From an uncultured Poribacteria bacterium (GTDB taxonomy: Bacteria > Poribacteria > WGA-4E > WGA-3G), in the NCBI GenBank assembly GCA_958296135.2, contig CATQHZ020000001.1, positions 3,328,001 through 3,392,000 on the forward strand: a DNA stretch of 64,000 bases, read 5' to 3'. Position 1 is the first letter of the stretch, and each line of letters begins with the position of its first letter. Below the pieces are notes generated by a model, which was given only the letters and a program-made list of their open reading frames with translations, had not been told where the DNA came from and did no database searches. The translations under genes were made by a program, and so were the position numbers. Below are positions 58,685 through 64,000 of the stretch, in pieces.

Positions 58685-59767
58685 ATGAAAACGCATAATA
58701 TTGCACTGCGCCCGACAACGGCACAGGTTCAACAATTTCATCAGCACGCGGGATACCGCCGATTTGTCTATAACTATGCTTTGTCCGATTTCAAAGCAGG
58801 GTTAGCTGAAGGCGAATGGCGGAATGGGCGCACGCTACGCACTCGGTTTAATGCCGTAAAAGATACGCAGTTTGACTGGCAGAAACCGCTCATCGCCCGC
58901 GTGGCATCACATGCCTTTGATGATTTTAACACGGCGTGTCAACGGTGGAAAAACAAGCTGTCCAAGTTTCCAAAGTATAAGCGGAAGTCGGGTAAGCAGT
59001 CGTTTCGCGTTGACAATAAACGCAATGCGATAAAATGTGAAGGTAAACGGCTTTACCTACCGAAGATAGGTTGGGTGCGGACGTTTGAAGCGTTGCGGTT
59101 TAAAGGTGACGTGATGCGCGTAGTGATTAAGAAGCGAGGGCATCGTTGGTTTGCATCGGTGCTCGTCGAAACCCTGTCAATGGTTTCCAAGCCCGATTTA
59201 CGTGGTTTGCCTACCGTGGGCATCGATGTCGGTATCAACACCCTCGCCACTTGCTCCGATGGACGCACTTTTGAAAACCCGCGCGCCTTGGCCCGTTTTC
59301 AACGTCAACTCCGCCGTGCGCAACGCGCCCTAAGTCGTTCAGTCTATCGCAGTCAGAATTGGTGGAAGAAGAAGGAACGTGTTGTCCGTATCCACTATCG
59401 TATCGCTTGCATCCGCGAAGACGCGCATCACAAGGCCAGCACGGCGATTGTGAAAGGTGTCTCAGCAATCGGTATAGAATCTCTGAACGTGAAAGGCATG
59501 ATGAAAAACCGCCGGCTTGCGAAGGCATTATCAGACGCGGCACTCGGTGGATTTCTCTCCAAGTTGAAGACGAAAGCACAGGCACTTGGCGTGCATATTG
59601 AGGAAGCCTCTCAGTGGTTCGCTTCATCGAAGACGTGCAGTGCTTGTGGACATAAGAAGGATACCCTCACGTTATCGGAACGTGACTATCACTGCAGCGG
59701 GTGTGGATTGCGGATAGACCGCGATTTGAACGCTGCAAGGAATTTGGAACCCTCGCCGCTGGTTTGA
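58685..59767 (+). CDS. tnpB: RNA-guided endonuclease TnpB
   Basis: HTH RFVYNYAL, PKYKRK, RuvC GIDVG / IESL / DRDLNAA, and Zn finger CSACG..CSGCG. Confidence 0.95.
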   Translation: MKTHNIALRPTTAQVQQFHQHAGYRRFVYNYALSDFKAGLAEGEWRNGRTLRTRFNAVKDTQFDWQKPLIARVASHAFDDFNTACQRWKNKLSKFPKYKRKSGKQSFRVDNKRNAIKCEGKRLYLPKIGWVRTFEALRFKGDVMRVVIKKRGHRWFASVLVETLSMVSKPDLRGLPTVGIDVGINTLATCSDGRTFENPRALARFQRQLRRAQRALSRSVYRSQNWWKKKERVVRIHYRIACIREDAHHKASTAIVKGVSAIGIESLNVKGMMKNRRLAKALSDAALGGFLSKLKTKAQALGVHIEEASQWFASSKTCSACGHKKDTLTLSERDYHCSGCGLRIDRDLNAARNLEPSPLV

Positions 59768-59917
59768 CGGAGAGGTAAAACGCCTGTGGAGCTCGTGTCA
59801 GACCTCAATGTAAACGCATTTCAGTGTGTTTCGGAGGCAGTGAGTGTTGAAGCAGGAACTTTAGAAATCGGACAAACTCATACGGACTTGTCCAGATATG
59901 TCTCGATTTCAGGGAAC
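59760..59917 (+). ncRNA. Putative TnpB omegaRNA scaffold (right end)
   Basis: AACGCCTGTGGAG...TGAAGCAGGAA signature downstream of tnpB, ending at the element right end. Confidence 0.6.
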
Positions 59918-60253
59918 AGGAACTAGAGATGATCTCCGGTTTTAACTCCGATGATTGGTGCCACGAAGGAACTGAGCTCAAGGACGATAATTCTGTCTGG
60001 GGCTGGATTAAAAAGGAAGGCCCGCCCTGTGGGCACGCCGGGCTCATTACCACGAAGTGGGAAAACCCGCGACCCGATGTCAAAATCGCGACGATAGACG
60101 CTATCTCTCTTGAATTAGGCTCCGTGCCTGTCATTCCGGCGATTACGTTAGGCGAGGCGACGCTCGCCGTAGAACCAGCGGAGAAATTGGCTATCACGTG
60201 GGGCAGTCTGAAACGCGTTCGTGATGAACTCTAGGAGTCTGTTTAACGCAAGG

Positions 60254-60293
60254 AAGCGCGAGACTGGATTTCGTTCCACGGCTCGCGCTTTTT
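60254..60293 (+). terminator. Intrinsic terminator
   Basis: AAGCGCGAG...CTCGCGCTT hairpin followed by a T run. Confidence 0.7.
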
Positions 60294-60355
60294 GTTTGCA
60301 TCCTTAACATGAACGGCGGGAAACCATAGAAATCTGCGCAAAACGAAAAATTTAT

Positions 60356-60384
60356 TTGCAATTGTGCCGTTTTTGTGTTAAAAT
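60356..60384 (+). promoter_or_regulatory. Sigma70-type promoter for glyA-folC
   Basis: TTGCAA-17 bp-(TG-n-)TAAAAT. Confidence 0.6.
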
Positions 60385-60420
60385 TCTGTTTTCACGAATG
60401 CACGCACGGAGAAAAATGAA

Positions 60421-61692
60421 ATGAATAAATTGTTATCCGAAGTCGACCCGCAAATCGTTAAGATTGCCCAGAAGGATCTCGCACGACAACAAAACGCGCT
60501 CATGCTCATCCCATCCGAAAACTACGCGAGCCGCGCCGTGATGGAAATACAAGGAAGCATCCTCGCAAACAAATACGCCGAAGGCTACCCCGGCGAACGC
60601 TACTATAACGGATGCGAGTTCATGGACGAAGTTGAATCCCTCGCAATTGAACGAGCGAAGGCACTCTTCGATGTTGAATGCGTCAACGTCCAACCGCACG
60701 CAGGCACGCAGGCGAACATGGCGGTTTACTACGCCTTGCTTGAACCCGGCGACACGATACTCTCCATGTCCCTCAGCCACGGCGGACATCTGAGCCACGG
60801 CGATGCCGTCAATTTTTCCGGACGCTACTATAACGTCGTAACGTATGGCGTGAATGCAGAAACCGAACGGATTGACATGGACGAAGTCTCGCGACTCGCT
60901 CAGCAGCATCGGCCCAAACTCATCGTTGTCGGCGCGACAGCGTACCCGCGCCAGTTTGATTTCGCCGAGTGGCGGCGTGTTGCAGATTCCATCGGTGCCT
61001 ATCTGCTCGCGGATATTGCCCACATCGCGGGGCTCGTCGCCGGCGGCGCTCATCCGAGTCCTGTGCCTTATAGCGATGTCGTCACGACGACAACCCATAA
61101 GACACTGCGCGGGCCTCGTGGTGCCATCGTGATGTGCAAGGCAGAACATGCCGCAAAAATCGACAGGGCGGTGTTCCCAGGCTTGCAAGGCGGGCCCTTC
61201 CTGCACACCATCGCTGCGAAAGCGGTAGCGTTTAAGGAAGCAAGTGAACCGGCGTTCAAAGCGTATCAGGCGCAAATTGTCAAAAATGCGGCCGCACTCG
61301 CAGCACGGTTAACACAAAACGGTTTCAGACTCGTGAGCGGCGGAACGGAAAATCACCTCATGCTCGTCGATTTGACTTCCAAATACGAGAAATTAAGCGG
61401 GAGACAAGCCGCCGACCATTTGGAAGATGCCGGCATTATTGTGAATAAAAACAGCATTCCTTTCGATAAAAGGAAGCCGCGCACGACAAGCGGCATCCGC
61501 CTCGGCACACCGATGATAACAACACGCGGGATGAAAGAGGAACAGATGCACCTGATCGCCGACTTCATCGCGGAAACCTTGGAGAACCGGCAGAAGACAG
61601 CCATCAAACGGCGCATCCGCGAGAAAGTGGCGGAATTGTGCACGCAATTCCCGATATACGGATACCTGTCCGCCCCAAAATTGCCAGAATAG
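60421..61692 (+). CDS. glyA: Serine hydroxymethyltransferase
   Basis: [35 protein letters not shown] and SGIRLGT. Confidence 0.98.
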   Translation: MNKLLSEVDPQIVKIAQKDLARQQNALMLIPSENYASRAVMEIQGSILANKYAEGYPGERYYNGCEFMDEVESLAIERAKALFDVECVNVQPHAGTQANMAVYYALLEPGDTILSMSLSHGGHLSHGDAVNFSGRYYNVVTYGVNAETERIDMDEVSRLAQQHRPKLIVVGATAYPRQFDFAEWRRVADSIGAYLLADIAHIAGLVAGGAHPSPVPYSDVVTTTTHKTLRGPRGAIVMCKAEHAAKIDRAVFPGLQGGPFLHTIAAKAVAFKEASEPAFKAYQAQIVKNAAALAARLTQNGFRLVSGGTENHLMLVDLTSKYEKLSGRQAADHLEDAGIIVNKNSIPFDKRKPRTTSGIRLGTPMITTRGMKEEQMHLIADFIAETLENRQKTAIKRRIREKVAELCTQFPIYGYLSAPKLPE

Positions 61693-63053
61693 TGGACTAC
61701 AACGCAGCGATAGCCTACATCACCGAATTTATTGATTATGAACGGAGTCCTGACTTCTCACGGCAGGCGCGCCTTTATAACCTCAACCGCATCTCGCACC
61801 TATTAGGATTACTTGGAAACCCGCAGGAACGGCTGCGCGTTGTCCACATCGCGGGAAGCAAAGGAAAGGGCTCAACGGCGGCACTCATCGCGTCAATTCT
61901 CAGCTCCGCCGGCTATAAAACAGGATTGTTTACCTCGCCGCATCTGAGGACACCGAGGGAACGGTGCCGAATCAATGGTGAACTCATTTCCAAAACGGAC
62001 ATCGCGCTAGCCATTGAGAAGATGAAACCGGCGATTGATGAAGTGTCGCGTTCGGAATTTGGGCGCGTCTCCTTCTTTGAAATCTATACGGCACTCGCCT
62101 TCTGCTACTTTGCCGATAAAGCGACAGACTTCGCTGTCGTTGAGGTAGGATTAGGCGGACGCCTCGATGCAACAAACGTGGTGAACCCAGTAGCAACCGT
62201 CATCACGCCGATTGGTTTAGAACACACGGCGATCCTCGGCGAAACCTACACCGCTATTGCAGCGGAAAAGGCGGAGATTATTAAACACGGCTGTCCACTT
62301 GCCTTGGCCCCCCAAGTTCCGGCGGCACAAGCAGTTTTTGAGAAAATTGCGTCTGAACGGGCGGCACCAATCATTTCCGCGGCGGCCAACAACAAGTTGC
62401 GCCGCGCGCGCTTACAAAGCGCGACTACCGAGACTCGTGCATCTGTACCGGTAGGGCAGCACTTTGACGTGGAAAACTACCCAGGGCTTTTTATCCCGCT
62501 CTTGGGAGAGCATCAATGCATCAATGCCGCAACCGCTATCGCGGGAATTGAGTGCCTCAAACAGCGCGGATATACTATGCCACGTGAAAGCGTCTATCGC
62601 GGCATCGCGCAGGTGGAGTGGCCCGGGCGGATGCAGGTAATTCAGGATTCGCCGATTGTCCTGCTTGACGGTGCACATTCGCCAGAATCCATGCGGCTTT
62701 TATGCCGAGAGATACGCCGAAACTTCCGTTACAACCGGCTGATCTTCGTTGTAAGTCTCATGCGGGATAAGGCAGTGAAGGAAGTCGGCAAGATAGTCTG
62801 TCAAGATGCGGATGCCGTGATTGTCACGGAGGTATCCGATAACCCGCGGGTAATGCCTGCTCATGACATTCATCGCGCATGGCAAACGATGTGTCAAGAG
62901 GTCACCGTCTGTCCAACACCGAAGGAGGCACTGAGGACAGCCTTGGCATGGGCATCGTCAGAGGAGCTCGTCTGTGTGACAGGTTCGCTCTACCTCGTCG
63001 GTGAGGTTCTGCATCTGAAACTTGACACCCAGTCCGAAGATATGATAACGTAA
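61692..63053 (+). CDS. folC: Bifunctional dihydrofolate/folylpolyglutamate synthase
   Basis: HIAGSKGKGST, FTSPHL, EVGLGGRLDATNV, LDGAH and TGSLYLVG; GTG start overlaps the glyA stop. Confidence 0.95.
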   Translation: MDYNAAIAYITEFIDYERSPDFSRQARLYNLNRISHLLGLLGNPQERLRVVHIAGSKGKGSTAALIASILSSAGYKTGLFTSPHLRTPRERCRINGELISKTDIALAIEKMKPAIDEVSRSEFGRVSFFEIYTALAFCYFADKATDFAVVEVGLGGRLDATNVVNPVATVITPIGLEHTAILGETYTAIAAEKAEIIKHGCPLALAPQVPAAQAVFEKIASERAAPIISAAANNKLRRARLQSATTETRASVPVGQHFDVENYPGLFIPLLGEHQCINAATAIAGIECLKQRGYTMPRESVYRGIAQVEWPGRMQVIQDSPIVLLDGAHSPESMRLLCREIRRNFRYNRLIFVVSLMRDKAVKEVGKIVCQDADAVIVTEVSDNPRVMPAHDIHRAWQTMCQEVTVCPTPKEALRTALAWASSEELVCVTGSLYLVGEVLHLKLDTQSEDMIT

Positions 63054-63136
63054 CCGGAAGCGTTATGGAAACGTGCCTACCAGAAATGAGAGATTTGCGC
63101 AAGTCCTATTCACAAAAAAATCCATAGGAGGAAATA

Positions 63137-64000
63137 ATGCTTGAAATCAGTTCTCAAAGCGTAAAGCGTGGGAGTCGACTCCTGCAAATGTTGATAGTTC
63201 CGCTACTCGGGCTCGGTGTAGTCGAGAAGGCTTTTGCCCAAACCGCTGCCCTCCCCGCCGTGCCAACTGCATGGTGGATTGCCCCGGTCGGCTCCCTTAT
63301 CGCTTTAGGATTCGCATTCTATTTTTACCGTGCTCTCATGAAACAGGATGAGGGCAACGCCACCATGCGCGATATTGCGCAATCCGTGCGAGAAGGCGCG
63401 ATGGCCTACCTCAGACAGCAATATAAAGTCGTCGGCATCGTTTTCGTTGTGCTGTGCCTCATCTTTCTGTTTATGGCTTTTGTCCTGAACGCGCAAAACC
63501 AAGTCGTCCCGTTCGCCTTCCTCACCGGCGGATTTTTCTCCGGGCTCTGCGGGTTCCTCGGCATGAAAACCGCGACCAACGCCTCTGCGCGCACAACAAG
63601 TGCAGCAATGCAAGGCCTGAACGCCGGGTTGAAGGTCGCCTTCCGTGCAGGCGCGGTAATGGGGCTCGTCGTCGTCGGCTTCGCGCTCCTTGATATCACC
63701 GGGTGGTTTCTCATCCTCTACTATGTCTTCCCGAAGGTATTCCCCGGATTTTTGGCGGAGAACCCACTGCCAGAAATTACAGTGATTATGCTGAGCTTCG
63801 GGATGGGCGCGTCAACGCAAGCACTCTTCGCACGCGTCGGCGGCGGCATCTATACGAAAGCGGCCGATGTCGGCGCAGACCTGGTTGGAAAGGTAGAGGC
63901 AGGAATCCCAGAGGATGACCCGAGGAACCCTGCCGTTATCGCAGACAACGTGGGTGATAACGTTGGCGATGTCGCAGGGATGGGGGCAGACCTCTACGAA
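63137..64000 (+). CDS. hppA: Membrane-bound Na+/H+-translocating pyrophosphatase (partial, runs off the window)
   Basis: GGGIYTKAADVGADLVGKVEAGIPEDDPRNPAVIADNVGDNVGD at the window end; AGGAGG RBS. Confidence 0.95.
   Translation, partial: MLEISSQSVKRGSRLLQMLIVPLLGLGVVEKAFAQTAALPAVPTAWWIAPVGSLIALGFAFYFYRALMKQDEGNATMRDIAQSVREGAMAYLRQQYKVVGIVFVVLCLIFLFMAFVLNAQNQVVPFAFLTGGFFSGLCGFLGMKTATNASARTTSAAMQGLNAGLKVAFRAGAVMGLVVVGFALLDITGWFLILYYVFPKVFPGFLAENPLPEITVIMLSFGMGASTQALFARVGGGIYTKAADVGADLVGKVEAGIPEDDPRNPAVIADNVGDNVGDVAGMGADLYE

Larger units (their letters stand above)
58336..59917 (+). mobile_element. TnpA-less IS607-like (IS200/IS605 superfamily) TnpB element, 1582 bp
   Basis: AGGA (GG core) at both junctions; 10-bp-phased ATCG(A/T)GA motifs at the left end, inverted at the right end; only tnpB inside. 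Confidence 0.82.
57923..60234 (+). pseudogene. Secreted TWG-motif protein gene (241 aa when rejoined) interrupted by an IS element
   Basis: 57923-58335 joined to 59922-60234 reads ...YQDGKKE-E-LEMISGFN...AVEPAEKLAITWGSLK in frame with no stops. Confidence 0.88.

Overview
Bacterial chromosomal window with no rRNA, tRNA or CRISPR array. The organism is most likely Candidatus Poribacteria-like; this is inferred from secreted proteins ending in KLA(T/I)TWG(R/S)LK, PhyH and PhyH-HEAT proteins, Uma2 and a PorV-like gene. It carries mostly housekeeping genes: a fused indolepyruvate:ferredoxin oxidoreductase, recN, nadK, prmA, dnaJ, grpE, lpxD, skp, bamA, ilvE, lolD/E, lysS, prfB with its programmed frameshift, lnt, rqcH, glyA, folC and hppA. 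Main highlights: (1) several GTAG-type REP/REPIN-like repeat families sit in frame inside many proteins, giving homologous peptides in unrelated enzymes, and also supply start and stop codons; (2) an archaeal-type ether-lipid pair (group II GGGP synthase plus DGGGP-synthase-like UbiA) lies within the bamA-skp-lpxD and grpE-dnaJ cluster; (3) a TnpA-less IS607-like TnpB element with a highly structured leader splits a secreted-protein gene that can be rejoined exactly (possible IStron); (4) accessory and defence remnants include a type IIG R-M fusion next to an iteron cluster, a SLATT-like gene, a frameshifted Dam-like methyltransferase, and duplicated antitoxins with a decayed PIN toxin whose 5' end appears fused to lnt.
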